Shown here: piece after piece, positions 39,007-49,789 of the stretch
How the letters are laid out: the number at the start of each line of letters is the position of its first letter
How positions within the stretch are numbered: position 1 is the first letter of the stretch
NCBI GenBank assembly: GCA_965223425.1
Contig: OZ245003.1
Coordinates: 480,001-544,000, forward strand
Length of the DNA: 64,000 nucleotides
Reading direction: 5' to 3'
DNA from: Nitrosopumilus sp.
Lineage (GTDB): Archaea > Thermoproteota > Nitrososphaeria > Nitrososphaerales > Nitrosopumilaceae
The notes under the pieces: model-generated
Databases searched by the model: none
Told to the model about the DNA's origin: nothing
What the model saw: the letters and a program-made list of their open reading frames with translations, nothing else
Made by a program: the position numbers and the translations under genes

Positions 39007-40143
39007 ATGACTGCAGAACTACCGCCAGGATTAGCACTCCAAAAAGTCGACGAGAGAATCATGACTCTCAATGTTGGGCCACAACATCCGGGTTCTGGCC
39101 ACATGAGACTTGTCGTGCAAATTGATGGTGACTACATTGTTGCATGTGACCCCGATCCCGGATATGTTCATCGTGGAGAAGAAAAGATGGCAGAATATAG
39201 AAATTATATCTTAAACATTCCTCACTTGGAAAGACCTGTAATTCATGATTCATGCAATGTACTTTATCCATATGTCTTAGGAGTTGAAGAAATTCTTGGA
39301 ATTGAAGTTCCTGAACGTGCAAAGTATGTTCGAGTTATTGCATCTGAGCTAAACCGGTGTATTTACACAATGTATTGGCTTGCAATTTACGGAATCTTCT
39401 TGGGACACTCTACAATGTTCATGTGGCCTGCAGGTGATCGTGAATTCTTGATTGATCTTATGGAAAAGATGACAGGAGCTAGGGTAACGCATGCACATTT
39501 TGTTCCTGGCGGAGTTAGAAATGACCTGCCACCAAACTTTGAGGACGTATGCTTGCGTCATGTTGACTATTTTGAAAAACGTATCAAGGAATATGCTGCA
39601 GTCTTTTATGATAACCCGATTCTAATTTCAAGAACTAAAGATACCGGTGTTTTATCGCGCCAAGATGCAATTAGACTTGGAACAACTGGTTCTGTACTTC
39701 GTGCAAGTGGCGTTGATTATGATCTAAGAAAGAAGGAGCCTTATGATGTCTATGACGAGTTAGACGTTCACACCAATGTGATGAAAGAAGGCGATTCTTA
39801 TGCAAGATCTGTCGTTCCTTGGCTTGATATGATGGAAAGCTGTAGCATTATCAGACAAGCATTACAAAAAATGCCAAAGTCTGGCTCTGTTAGGGTCAAA
39901 CTAAAACCAAATCCAAAAGGTAAGGGACTTGACACTGTATACAAACGTGTAGAATCTGGCAGGGGTTCTCTGGGTTGCTACATTGTTTCAGACGGAAAGC
40001 CTGAGCCATACAGACTAAAGATGAGCGTTGGCTCTTTTAGAAATTTGATTGCATTGCCATATCTTCTCAAAGGTGAAAAGCTCGGTAACATGCCATCTGT
40101 TTATTGGAGTCTTAATTATTGGCCAGTGGAGGCAGACAGGTAA
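39007..40143 (+). CDS. nuoD: NADH-quinone oxidoreductase subunit D
   Basis: NVGPQHP, GYVHRGEEK, terminal EADR. Confidence 0.94.
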   Translation: MTAELPPGLALQKVDERIMTLNVGPQHPGSGHMRLVVQIDGDYIVACDPDPGYVHRGEEKMAEYRNYILNIPHLERPVIHDSCNVLYPYVLGVEEILGIEVPERAKYVRVIASELNRCIYTMYWLAIYGIFLGHSTMFMWPAGDREFLIDLMEKMTGARVTHAHFVPGGVRNDLPPNFEDVCLRHVDYFEKRIKEYAAVFYDNPILISRTKDTGVLSRQDAIRLGTTGSVLRASGVDYDLRKKEPYDVYDELDVHTNVMKEGDSYARSVVPWLDMMESCSIIRQALQKMPKSGSVRVKLKPNPKGKGLDTVYKRVESGRGSLGCYIVSDGKPEPYRLKMSVGSFRNLIALPYLLKGEKLGNMPSVYWSLNYWPVEADR

Positions 40144-41442
40144 ATGTCAGTTATTGCACCACAATTCAAACTAAGTGAGTTCATAAAGTCGTTACTTGAT
40201 AACGCATTCTGGATTTTAATGATAATGGTTTTAGCTGGTATTCCAGCAGTTATGATAGTTCTGTTTGTTGTTGAAATGCCAGTAATTGATGGTGAGTTAC
40301 TCACGCCATTTCTTGCATTTTCTTGGTTAGTGGATCCTTCACGTACACTCCCTATTGTTCACGCGTTCATGGCAACTGACATGTTCAGAGTGATGGCATT
40401 TCCAGGATTTGGTTTTGCAGCATTACTGGCTGCTGGAACAATTTTTGTTGAAAGAAAGATGCTGGCAAAATTGCAATTAAGGGTTGGTCCATTTTACTGT
40501 GGAAAAATTGAGGGAATTTTGCAATTGATGGGAGATGGGCTAAAACTGATTTCTAAAGAAATTATCATTCCTGCCAAAGCTGACAAGCCGCTTTTCTGGG
40601 CAGCGCCGGTACTCTTTGTAGCTACTGCAGCTGCATTTGTTGCATTGATTCCTGTTGCACCTGGTTGGGTAGTTGCAGATATTGATATGGGGTTAATTGG
40701 AGTGTTTGCAGTGATTGGGTTCTTCCCAATCATTACCATTCTTTCTGCGTGGTCTGCAAACAGCAAGTATCCGTTCATTGGAGGCATTAGGGCTTTGTTC
40801 CAAATGGTTTCATTTGAAATTCCGTTGATATTGTCCTTGCTGGGGGTTGTTATGTTGACAGGAACTCTAAATCTGTCTGAAATTGTAGAAAGTCAGTCTA
40901 GTTTCCCATGGATTATATTTTTGCCAATTGGTGCTATTGTGTTCTTTATCACAATGCTTGCAGAGTTAGAAAGAATACCATTTGATCTACCAGAAGCAGA
41001 AAGTGAAATTGTAGCAGGCTGGCTGACGGAATTTTCTGGAATGATGTATGGACTTGTTCAGTTGGGAACTTATCTGAAACTTTATGCATTTGCAGCTTTG
41101 TTTGCTGTCTTGTTCCTTGGTGGATGGCATGGTCCAATGGTTGTCCCCCCATTCCCATCTGAAATTATTACTGAAGGAATTGTAATGGGTCCTGTTACTG
41201 CCAAGATTCCCGGATTGCCACTGTTCACACAAGAAATGCTTAATGGTACACTTTGGTTTGTCCTAAAAACAGTTGGAGTAATCTTCTTTATCCTCTTGCC
41301 AAGGGGCGTCTTCCCAAGAATCAGAGTTGATCTGTTGCTGAGTCTTGGTTGGACCAAGCTGATTGGACTTTGTTTCGTTAACATCTTTATTGCTCTAGGT
41401 TTGCTGTACGCTGGAGTATTGGGATTCGGAGGATTACAATGA
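40144..41442 (+). CDS. nuoH: NADH-quinone oxidoreductase subunit H
   Basis: ERKMLAKLQLRVGP, RIPFDLPEAESE. Confidence 0.94.
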   Translation: MSVIAPQFKLSEFIKSLLDNAFWILMIMVLAGIPAVMIVLFVVEMPVIDGELLTPFLAFSWLVDPSRTLPIVHAFMATDMFRVMAFPGFGFAALLAAGTIFVERKMLAKLQLRVGPFYCGKIEGILQLMGDGLKLISKEIIIPAKADKPLFWAAPVLFVATAAAFVALIPVAPGWVVADIDMGLIGVFAVIGFFPIITILSAWSANSKYPFIGGIRALFQMVSFEIPLILSLLGVVMLTGTLNLSEIVESQSSFPWIIFLPIGAIVFFITMLAELERIPFDLPEAESEIVAGWLTEFSGMMYGLVQLGTYLKLYAFAALFAVLFLGGWHGPMVVPPFPSEIITEGIVMGPVTAKIPGLPLFTQEMLNGTLWFVLKTVGVIFFILLPRGVFPRIRVDLLLSLGWTKLIGLCFVNIFIALGLLYAGVLGFGGLQ

Positions 41443-41939
41443 TGGGGACTGCTACAGGTATTATTCGTGCATTAAATTCTGGAATCAAACACATTGCAAT
41501 AAAGCGATTTACGCTTCGTTATCCTGAGGAGAAACTAAAGTTTGTAGGGGATGGATATCAATTTGATCCTTCAACTGGTGTAGGGATTGCAGGACTAAAG
41601 GGGCGCCATATGTTATTCCATGATCATTGTACTGGCTGCCAATTGTGCTCTATTGCATGCGAAGGGGTTGCCGAAGCAATTGCAATGGTAAAGGTTCCAG
41701 AAGAACACAAACAAAATAAAAAAGCAATCATGCCGCAGATTGATTATGGCAAGTGTGTTTTCTGCGGTCTTTGTGTTGATGCATGTCCATTTTACGCACT
41801 TTACATGACTAATGATTATGAATTATCATCATTTTCTAAAGAGGGATTAATCTATACCCCCGCTCAGCTTCAGGTCAAACCCTACGTTTCACAGGACAGT
41901 GAAATCCAAATAACAGATAGAGGTGCATCACATGGCTGA
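41439..41939 (+). CDS. nuoI: NADH-quinone oxidoreductase subunit I
   Basis: Two 4Fe-4S motifs CTGCQLC..AC, CVFCGLCVDACP. Confidence 0.93.
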   Translation: MMGTATGIIRALNSGIKHIAIKRFTLRYPEEKLKFVGDGYQFDPSTGVGIAGLKGRHMLFHDHCTGCQLCSIACEGVAEAIAMVKVPEEHKQNKKAIMPQIDYGKCVFCGLCVDACPFYALYMTNDYELSSFSKEGLIYTPAQLQVKPYVSQDSEIQITDRGASHG

Positions 41940-42444
41940 TGCTGCGTTTCTTGCATTAACCGTAATTACAATTGGCTCTGCAATTGCCGCACTTGAGTTA
42001 AGATCACTAATTTATGGCTCGATTGCTTTAATGGGAACCCTTGGCGGCATCGCCGGCTTCTTCTTGCTGTTGGATGCGCCATTTGTTGCATTGTTCCAAC
42101 TTGCAGTCTATGTTGGCTCTATTGCTGTTTTGATTTTGTTTACTGTAATGTTGGTAAAAAGAGAACTTATCTTCAAAAAAATCGAAGACAAAAGAAGAAA
42201 GTTTGCAGGAATTGGATTGATGCTTGTAGTGATGGTAGCATTAGGTGCAGTGTTCTTAGATTCTGGAATCAAGACAATAACTACTGATGAGCCACCAGTT
42301 GATTTTAGAGATATTGGTGTTGACTTTGTGACCTACTATTGGCCTGCATTAATTTTGATGGCATTAATTTTAGCAGGTTCTGTAACTGGCGCACTAGTTT
42401 TAGCTAAACGAGAGGATGTGGAAAATGACCAACGAACTAGTTGA
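41932..42444 (+). CDS. nuoJ: NADH-quinone oxidoreductase subunit J
   Basis: FQLAVYVGSIAVLILF; operon position. Confidence 0.9.
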   Translation: MADAAFLALTVITIGSAIAALELRSLIYGSIALMGTLGGIAGFFLLLDAPFVALFQLAVYVGSIAVLILFTVMLVKRELIFKKIEDKRRKFAGIGLMLVVMVALGAVFLDSGIKTITTDEPPVDFRDIGVDFVTYYWPALILMALILAGSVTGALVLAKREDVENDQRTS

Positions 42445-42730
42445 TTTTACGCTTGTGTCAGTTGCCCTATTGGGAATAGGCATTTACGGTCTTGCAGTAA
42501 AGCGTAATTTTATTCGAATGTTATTTGCAGTCGAAATTATCATCAACGCGGCAAATCTTAACCTTGTTGCATTTGGCAGGTTCATACCTCACAGTGGCGG
42601 TCAAACTTTGGCGTTGTTCTCAATTGCAATTGCGGCTGCCGAAGTTGCAGTGGGACTTTCGTTAATTATCGTGGCCTATCGTATGTATCAGAATGTCGAT
42701 ATTGCAGACTTTAGGAGTTTGAAGGGATAA
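42425..42730 (+). CDS. nuoK: NADH-quinone oxidoreductase subunit K
   Basis: EIIINAAN, AAAEVAVGL. Confidence 0.92.
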   Translation: MTNELVDFTLVSVALLGIGIYGLAVKRNFIRMLFAVEIIINAANLNLVAFGRFIPHSGGQTLALFSIAIAAAEVAVGLSLIIVAYRMYQNVDIADFRSLKG

Positions 42731-44283
42731 TGGAGTATGCGTTATTGCAGGCAATCTTCTTGCCACTCTTACTGTCCCCAGTAGCTTACATTATTGGAAG
42801 AAAGGCAGGTCCTACGCCTGCAATGTGGTTTACATTTGCAGTTTTGCTTTACACAACAATTCTTGTAATCACTGCTGCACTATCTGGAACTGTAGAGGAG
42901 CATTACCCATGGACAGAGTTCTTCGGTGAATTTGGTTTCTTGCTTGATGGCTTGGCATCGCCGTTTGCTATAATCATCTATGTCCTATCCACAATTCTGG
43001 CACTTTACTCAAAACCATACATGATTCACAAATTCCACGAGCAATTCAAAGAGGAGCAAAAAACCAATGCCTCCACGAGTGGACAAACGTCCGTAGTTGA
43101 ATCATCTTCCCTTTCAAATTATGTCAATGCAAAGTCCGGACTCTACTTTGCACTTTATCTGGTCTTTGCAATGGGAATGCTTGGAACAGTACTTGCAACA
43201 AACCTGATTGAATTTTACTTGTTCTTTGAATTCATGCTGATTCCGGGTTTCTTTTTGGTTGCTCTTTGGGGCGATGGTCCAAGAAGAAAGATTGGCTTAA
43301 TGTTCCTATTTTGGACTCATGCCGGTGCAGTTGTTTTGCTGTTGGGCTTTTTGATGATAGGCCTTACCATTGGAAGTTTTGACTTTGCCGATATCAAAGA
43401 GTCAGAAATACCGCAAGACATTGTAATGATTTCTGCCATTGCAATTGCAATAGGTCTTGGTGTCAAGCTAGCAGTCTTTATGTTCCATATTTGGTTGCCA
43501 TATGTACACGGCTCTGCACCTACGCCAATCAGCGCATTATTGTCTCCAGCCATGATCGGAATTGGTGCCTATGGTATTTTCAGGCTAATTGTAGAGTTCT
43601 TGCCTTCAACGTTTGCCGACCTTGCAATATGGTTCCACATCTGGGGTCTTGTTACAATGATTTATGGCGGAGCAATGGCACTGATGCAAGATGATCTAAA
43701 ACGTCTTTTGGCATACTCTAGCATCAGTCAAATGGGTTATCTCTTGTTTGGTATTGGTTCAATGTCCGCCCTTGGACTTGCAGGTGCAGAGATGATGTAT
43801 GTAACACATGCACTTGGAAAAGGAATTCTCTTCATGATGGCCGGAATCATCATCGTTAAGGTTGGAACTAGAAGCATCTCCAAACTTGGTGGATTAGCTG
43901 GAAAAATGCCAATCACTGCAACTTGTGCAGTGATTGGTGCTCTAACAATCATGGGAATTCCACCAACCAGTGGATTTATGGGGGAATGGATTCTGTTTTA
44001 TGGCGCATTAGAGACTGCAATTGAAGAAGGCTCTACACTTAGGGCCGTGACATTTGGTCTGGGTCTTGTTGCAACTGCACTTACAATGTCTTACATGCTT
44101 TGGATGCTAAAACGCGTATTCTTTGGAAAAACACCTGAACGTCTTGACAAAGTCAAAGAAGGAAGCTGGTACATGACTGCACCAATGATGGTGTTGGCAG
44201 GATTTACTATTGTGGTGGGAATTTATCCAGATATTTTCCTGAAAACAATAATTCCGTACATGAATGGGGTGCTGGGAGTCTAG
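42730..44283 (+). CDS. nuoM: NADH-quinone oxidoreductase subunit M
   Basis: FYLFFEFMLIP, HIWLPYVH, LAYSSISQMG. Confidence 0.9.
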   Translation: MEYALLQAIFLPLLLSPVAYIIGRKAGPTPAMWFTFAVLLYTTILVITAALSGTVEEHYPWTEFFGEFGFLLDGLASPFAIIIYVLSTILALYSKPYMIHKFHEQFKEEQKTNASTSGQTSVVESSSLSNYVNAKSGLYFALYLVFAMGMLGTVLATNLIEFYLFFEFMLIPGFFLVALWGDGPRRKIGLMFLFWTHAGAVVLLLGFLMIGLTIGSFDFADIKESEIPQDIVMISAIAIAIGLGVKLAVFMFHIWLPYVHGSAPTPISALLSPAMIGIGAYGIFRLIVEFLPSTFADLAIWFHIWGLVTMIYGGAMALMQDDLKRLLAYSSISQMGYLLFGIGSMSALGLAGAEMMYVTHALGKGILFMMAGIIIVKVGTRSISKLGGLAGKMPITATCAVIGALTIMGIPPTSGFMGEWILFYGALETAIEEGSTLRAVTFGLGLVATALTMSYMLWMLKRVFFGKTPERLDKVKEGSWYMTAPMMVLAGFTIVVGIYPDIFLKTIIPYMNGVLGV

Positions 44284-44284
44284 T

Positions 44285-46366
44285 ATGGCAACTGAATCTA
44301 TTGGATTGCCATTTGAACCAAGTACTCTAAGTGCATGGCTTGTTTGGATACTGCCATTTGCTGCTGCATTAATCATGCCGGGAGTTGGAAAATTATCAAA
44401 ACATGTAACTGGATATGTTGCAGTTGGATTTGCTTTGATGAGTGCACTGTCTGCTGCATCAATGCTTCCTGTGGCTTTGGAGGCACATGAACTACATCAT
44501 CAAATTATGTGGATCGAGTCAATTGGTTTGAAAGGCGGCGTGCTAGCTGATCCGCTTTCTATAATCATGGCAAATGTTGTTGGTTGGATTTCATTTCTGA
44601 TTATGATTTACAGTACGGGATACATGAAAGGAGATAAAGACATTGCAAGATTCTGGTTCTGGATGATGTTCTTTATCGGTTCTATGCAGTTAATCGTCCT
44701 GTCTGATAACTTACTTCAAGTGTTCTTTGGATGGGAGGGTGTGGGACTTGCATCCTATGCATTGATCAGCTTTTGGTATCGTGATAAAAAGAAAGATCAT
44801 GTCGGTACTGAAGGAAGAACTGTTCTTGGTATGCTGGATTACTACTCCCCAACACATGCTGGTATGAAGGCATTCATCATGACCAAAGTTGGCGATGTGA
44901 TGATGATTGCAGGAATGCTTTTGATATTCTTGTTTGCAGGCACGTTTGGTTTCAAGGAATTAATGGGGGATACTGCGTGGGCCACTGCGATGTCCGCAGA
45001 GGGCCTCTTGGTTCCTGCATTTGTTTTGCTCTTTGGAGGCGCTATAGGAAAATCTGCCCAGTTCCCACTAAACGAGTGGCTATTGGAGGCAATGACTGGC
45101 CCTACCGCAGTTTCTGCATTGATTCATGCAGCAACTATGGTAAAGGCAGGCGTCTTCTTGGTTGCAAGAATTGGCCCTCTTGTTTTTGCATTGGCTGCTG
45201 CAGGAATTCTTGCAGAACAATTCTTTGAGATTGTTGCTTGGGTTGGCGCAATAACAGCTCTGCTGCTAGCTACGCAAGGAATGGTTAACGGGGAAATCAA
45301 GAAGGTTCTTGCATACTCCACTGGTTCCCAAATTGGTTATATGATGATGGCATTAGGTGTTGCCGGACTATCTCATCAATACGTTGATGGCTATACTGCA
45401 GGATTTTTCCATTTGATTTCTCATGCAATGTTCAAGGCTTCGTTGTTCATGGCAGCAGGCTCTTTGCTGCACATCGTTGGCTCTCGATTTATGAGTGATA
45501 TGGGAGGTCTGAAAAAACACATGAAGAAGACATATGCATTCATGTGGGCAGCCGGCCTTGGTTTGATGGGTGCGCCATTTATCACGACAGGTTTCTGGAG
45601 CAAGGATGCAATATTTGCAGCAGTTTATGAATCTGGAAATGAGTGGGCATTGCCACTGTTTGCAATTGCTGTATTGACTGCAGTGATTACTGCATTTTAC
45701 ACTACAAGGATGATTGGAATGGTCTTCTTTGGAAAGAAGAGCAAACATATCGAAAAGATGGAAGAGGAAGAAGGACATCACATCCATGAGGCATCAATAT
45801 CAATGTGGGCTCCCTATGGAATTCTTGCAGTTCTTACTGTTGGAATCGGTCTTGTCGGATTATCGACTGAAGAAGGACTGCACCATTTGTTTACCGAATA
45901 TCTTGAGCACTCGTTTGGTATTCACACTGAACATCTTGCAGTAGAGGCTTCAATTCTGCCAGAATTCTTGCAAGGACTTAATCCTGTCGCACTTGGTGCA
46001 TCATTGGCAGCATTTTCTATTGGAATCGGATTAGGCTACATCTTCTATATTGGCAGATGGGTTGATCCTGTAAAATTTGTAAACTCTAACATTTTCTTTT
46101 ATGCAATTCACAAAGTTTTCTTAAACAGATGGTATCTTAACGCAATAATCTATTGGTGCTTTGTTACAGCACCATTATGGTTGGCAAGAGGTGTGTTCAG
46201 ATACTTTGAGAGAACAGCCATTGATTACGGTATGAATGATGGATTCCAGAAAGCAGCCGGATGGGGTGCAAGAGTTGTACAAGGCACTCAAACTGGCGTC
46301 TCGCAGTCATATCTATTCGTATTTGGAGCAGGACTACTATTCGTGGTTCTGATGTTGTTGATGTAG
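44285..46366 (+). CDS. nuoL: NADH-quinone oxidoreductase subunit L
   Basis: GWEGVG, GKSAQFPL, AMTGPTAVSALIHAATMV. Confidence 0.93.
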   Translation: MATESIGLPFEPSTLSAWLVWILPFAAALIMPGVGKLSKHVTGYVAVGFALMSALSAASMLPVALEAHELHHQIMWIESIGLKGGVLADPLSIIMANVVGWISFLIMIYSTGYMKGDKDIARFWFWMMFFIGSMQLIVLSDNLLQVFFGWEGVGLASYALISFWYRDKKKDHVGTEGRTVLGMLDYYSPTHAGMKAFIMTKVGDVMMIAGMLLIFLFAGTFGFKELMGDTAWATAMSAEGLLVPAFVLLFGGAIGKSAQFPLNEWLLEAMTGPTAVSALIHAATMVKAGVFLVARIGPLVFALAAAGILAEQFFEIVAWVGAITALLLATQGMVNGEIKKVLAYSTGSQIGYMMMALGVAGLSHQYVDGYTAGFFHLISHAMFKASLFMAAGSLLHIVGSRFMSDMGGLKKHMKKTYAFMWAAGLGLMGAPFITTGFWSKDAIFAAVYESGNEWALPLFAIAVLTAVITAFYTTRMIGMVFFGKKSKHIEKMEEEEGHHIHEASISMWAPYGILAVLTVGIGLVGLSTEEGLHHLFTEYLEHSFGIHTEHLAVEASILPEFLQGLNPVALGASLAAFSIGIGLGYIFYIGRWVDPVKFVNSNIFFYAIHKVFLNRWYLNAIIYWCFVTAPLWLARGVFRYFERTAIDYGMNDGFQKAAGWGARVVQGTQTGVSQSYLFVFGAGLLFVVLMLLM

Positions 46367-46378
46367 GGGATTGATGGG

Positions 46379-47863
46379 ATGTTAGAGATTACTTCCACTC
46401 CGTTGGTGCTAATTGCAATACTGGGAACTGTTGGGGTTGTTTTACCAATCATTAGCATTGCAAGAAAAGAACAGGGCTCCAACTCATTTTATGCTGTAAT
46501 TGCATTTGCGGCACTAATCGCATCTATGGGATACGTTGGTTATCAATTTATCAATGATAATGTGGCAGTATCTGCCCTTTTCTCTGAAGACGTGCTAGTT
46601 GATGACGCATTTGGTGGATTCTTTGCAATAGCAATGCTAATTGTAGCTTTGTTCACCACAGTCGGTTCTTTTAATTATATGAGAAAACACAATTCTCCTG
46701 CAGTTTACTATTCCCTAATCTTGCTTGCAACAATCGGTATGGTGCTAGTTGCATATTCTACTGATTTGGTAATGTTGTTTGTTGCATGGGAGCTTATGAG
46801 TATTCCAACATACATTTTGGTTGGATTTATGAAAAAGAATCCAAGCTCAAATGAGGCTGCTCTAAAATATTTCTTGTTTGGTGCGCTATCATCTGCAATA
46901 ATTGTTTACGGAATTTCAATCTCATACGGATTAACTGGTTCTACAAACATTGGAGAAGTTATTCAAGGTTATTCAACACTGGATCCGTCTCTGTTGCCAT
47001 TGGCACTGCTTTCTGTTGGAATGTTTATTGCAGGGTTTGGATTCAAAATGGGACTTGTGCCTTTCCACCAATGGCTCCCAGATACTTATGAGGGAGCGCC
47101 ATCACCAATTACAGCTCTTCTTGCTGCAGCAACCAAGAAGGCAGGATTTGCAGCAACAATCAGAATTGTAATTCTTGGAATGGTTGTTCTAAATCTTGAT
47201 TGGACAATAGCTCTTGGAATTCTTGCGGTAATGACAATGACTGTTGGTAATGTTGCCGCAATCATGCAAAAGAACCTCTCCAGAATGCTGGCGTATTCCA
47301 GTATTGCACATGCAGGATACATTCTGATTGGACTTGCAGTTGCCCCATACAGCTCACTTGGCTTGCAAGGTTCTTTGTATCAAATTCTAAATCATGCAGT
47401 AATGAAAGGCGCTGCCTTTATTGCAATTGCAGGACTAGTAACTACTCTTGCTGTGACTAACATCGATAAACTAAAGGGACTGGGAAGAAGAATGCCTATC
47501 ACTGCATTGGGTCTGGTCGTCTCATTATTTGCACTTGCTGGCATTCCACCACTTGCAGGTTTTTGGAGTAAATTGATGTTGTTTGGCAGTGCCCTGGATG
47601 CAAGTACTGCATTATGGTGGGCACCATGGCTTGCAATTGCTGGCGTGCTTAACAGTGCATTATCACTTGCCTACTATGGTTGGATTACAAGAAAGATGTA
47701 CTTTGAAGGAGAAAAAGAAAAGAGAATTGCAGAACCAAAACCTGTCGTTGCTATTATGATTACCTCGATACTTTTCTTGGTCGGATTTGGCATATACCCA
47801 GAACCAATTCTCAAATTTGTGGAGATGGCAGCCCCTGTTATCAGCTTGGGTATTATGCCTTGA
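46379..47863 (+). CDS. nuoN: NADH-quinone oxidoreductase subunit N
   Basis: EAALKYF, FK..LVPFHQWLPDTYEGAP, RMLAYSSIAHAGY. Confidence 0.93.
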   Translation: MLEITSTPLVLIAILGTVGVVLPIISIARKEQGSNSFYAVIAFAALIASMGYVGYQFINDNVAVSALFSEDVLVDDAFGGFFAIAMLIVALFTTVGSFNYMRKHNSPAVYYSLILLATIGMVLVAYSTDLVMLFVAWELMSIPTYILVGFMKKNPSSNEAALKYFLFGALSSAIIVYGISISYGLTGSTNIGEVIQGYSTLDPSLLPLALLSVGMFIAGFGFKMGLVPFHQWLPDTYEGAPSPITALLAAATKKAGFAATIRIVILGMVVLNLDWTIALGILAVMTMTVGNVAAIMQKNLSRMLAYSSIAHAGYILIGLAVAPYSSLGLQGSLYQILNHAVMKGAAFIAIAGLVTTLAVTNIDKLKGLGRRMPITALGLVVSLFALAGIPPLAGFWSKLMLFGSALDASTALWWAPWLAIAGVLNSALSLAYYGWITRKMYFEGEKEKRIAEPKPVVAIMITSILFLVGFGIYPEPILKFVEMAAPVISLGIMP

Positions 47864-48704
47864 ACGAAGTAAAATTAATTAAATTATCCAAATTTACCTT
47901 TGAATCGCTGTCTGGAATTTTTCTTAAACCAATCCTAGCTTTTTCAGCATATTCTTTTAACAGTTCTTCCATTTTGTTAAAAACATCTCTTGGATCTGAA
48001 CTTTTCTTAATTAGGATGTTAAACAATTTGTCCTCGTTTTTCCAATCTAACAAATCATCTCTGATTTGATATGCAACTCCAATATTTTTACCGTATACAG
48101 TTAGTGCCTCAATTTGTTCCTCTGTTCCATTTGCAATAATTGCACCTGTTCTGGCTGCAACTTCGAATGCCGTTGCTGTCTTGTATTCGATTACTCTGAG
48201 ATAATCATCAAACGTGACATCTTCACTTGCCTCTAGTCTACTTTCGATCATTTCTCCCTCACTCATCAACATGGCAGTGGTGGCCAAATCTTTTGTAATT
48301 CTGGCGTTGTCCAGTCTGGAAGATATTGCTAGAATCAATCCTAAAACAAAGTCTCCTGTAAGGACACTTGTGTTGTATCCATATTTGATGTGAAATGGAT
48401 CCTTCTGCCTTCTCATAGTTTCATTATCAATGATATCGTCATGGATGATTGATTCCATGTGTAGAAATTCAACGGCGCAAGATGCTGCAAATGTGTTTTC
48501 GTCAATCTTTCCCACACTTTCAGCGGCCAAAATCAAAATAATGGGCCTAATTCGCTTTCCACCATCTAAGGAGTATTTTAGCGGCTCGATGAATTCTGAT
48601 TCAGAATAAAGATCTAGTTCTTTCTCCAAGGCATGGTCGATTTTTTCAATATATTTGCCATAGGTTTCAAGCAGGGGATTAATCTCAATATTTTTCCTAT
48701 CCAA
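47853..48704 (-). CDS. Polyprenyl diphosphate synthase
   Basis: GGKRIRP, HDDIID..RR, YKTA, QIRDDLLD. Confidence 0.9.
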   Translation of the reverse strand: MDRKNIEINPLLETYGKYIEKIDHALEKELDLYSESEFIEPLKYSLDGGKRIRPIILILAAESVGKIDENTFAASCAVEFLHMESIIHDDIIDNETMRRQKDPFHIKYGYNTSVLTGDFVLGLILAISSRLDNARITKDLATTAMLMSEGEMIESRLEASEDVTFDDYLRVIEYKTATAFEVAARTGAIIANGTEEQIEALTVYGKNIGVAYQIRDDLLDWKNEDKLFNILIKKSSDPRDVFNKMEELLKEYAEKARIGLRKIPDSDSKVNLDNLINFTSFKA

Positions 48705-48745
48705 GATAATCTGATCAAAAAACTTTGTTATTACTAATTAAATCT

Positions 48746-48839
48746 TGGTGCTCCAGCCGGGATTTTCATCGATTGATTTTGAACCCGGGATCACTGCCTT
48801 GAAAGGGCAGTATGCTTGACCGGTCTACACCACTGGAAC
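48746..48839 (-). tRNA. tRNA-Glu(TTC) with 15-nt intron in the T-loop (48763-48777)
   Basis: Acceptor GTTCCAG/CTGGAGC, anticodon arm CTGCC-CTTTCAA-GGCAG, BHB GGG-TTCA-AAA-TC..GA-TGAA-AAT-CCC, ends ACCA. Confidence 0.92.
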
Positions 48840-48919
48840 CCAAGAAAATTCAGTATTTTGACCATAAAATCTTTTGTAAACCACAAAGATTTTTTTATTG
48901 GCAAATTTGGAGATGAAAC

Positions 48920-49552
48920 ATGGGTATTGTAAAAAGAATTGATGAAATGATTGAAGAAAGAAGTTTACTAAAACATTCATTCTATCAGATGTGGTCTGAT
49001 GGAAAGTTAACGCAAGAATCCTTGGCAGGTTATTCTAAAGAATATTTTCAACTTGTAAAAGCGGTTCCGTCCTTTATGACTCCAATTATTGAACAAGCTC
49101 CTGATTCAGTAGTTAATGAACTAATTGCAAATCAACAGGAAGAATCTGATCATGTACGCCCATGGATTAGCTTTGCCGGAGAACTTGGTATAACTGAAGA
49201 AGAACTCGTTCCCTACACCGGACTGGTCAAAACCCGTAAAGCAGTATCTGATTTGAGCGAATTGATGAGCTCCTTTGAGAGTGGAGCATGCGCAATGTAT
49301 GCTTTTGAAAAAGAAATTCCTAAAATCAGCCAAACAAAGCTTGATGGTTTAGCAGAATTTTATGGAATGACCACTGATGAGGCAACAGAATACTTCAAAC
49401 TCCATACCGAGGCTGACATTAGACATGCGGCATCATGGAGAAACATTCTAGAAAACTCTTCAGCTGATTCAAACAACTTGCTTGAGATTGCAGACAAGTC
49501 CATTTCAGCACAAAACCTGTTGCTTGATAGTTGTTATGAAGAATATTGCTAG
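48920..49552 (+). CDS. TenA/PqqC/CADD-like heme-oxygenase-fold protein
   Basis: LLKHSFYQMW, EE.DH..PW, YAFE, YFKLHTEADIRH. Confidence 0.8.
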   Translation: MGIVKRIDEMIEERSLLKHSFYQMWSDGKLTQESLAGYSKEYFQLVKAVPSFMTPIIEQAPDSVVNELIANQQEESDHVRPWISFAGELGITEEELVPYTGLVKTRKAVSDLSELMSSFESGACAMYAFEKEIPKISQTKLDGLAEFYGMTTDEATEYFKLHTEADIRHAASWRNILENSSADSNNLLEIADKSISAQNLLLDSCYEEYC

Positions 49553-49593
49553 TCTCATAACATTTTATACCTAAGAAAAAGTTCATCTGCTTA

Positions 49594-49667
49594 GGGCCCG
49601 TAACTCAGCTTGGTAGAGTAACCGGCTCATAACCGGTGAGCCAAGGGATCGAAGCCCTTCGGGCCCA
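49594..49667 (+). tRNA. tRNA with CAT anticodon, probably tRNA-Ile2
   Basis: GGGCCCG/CGGGCCC acceptor, ACCGG-CTCATAA-CCGGT; acceptor type fits Ile2 rather than Met. Confidence 0.88.
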
Positions 49668-49789
49668 TACCCCACTTGATCCTTTATTTGGTCACATGAT
49701 TATAGAGGTGATACTATGACTAATACTGACTATTCTTTAGAGAATTTATCAGACATTTCCCCCTTTGAGAATTACACTGCTGCAATAAG

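Noticed and set aside
37476-47863. Complex I lacking nuoEFG and with M before L
   Set aside because: Normal for this lineage
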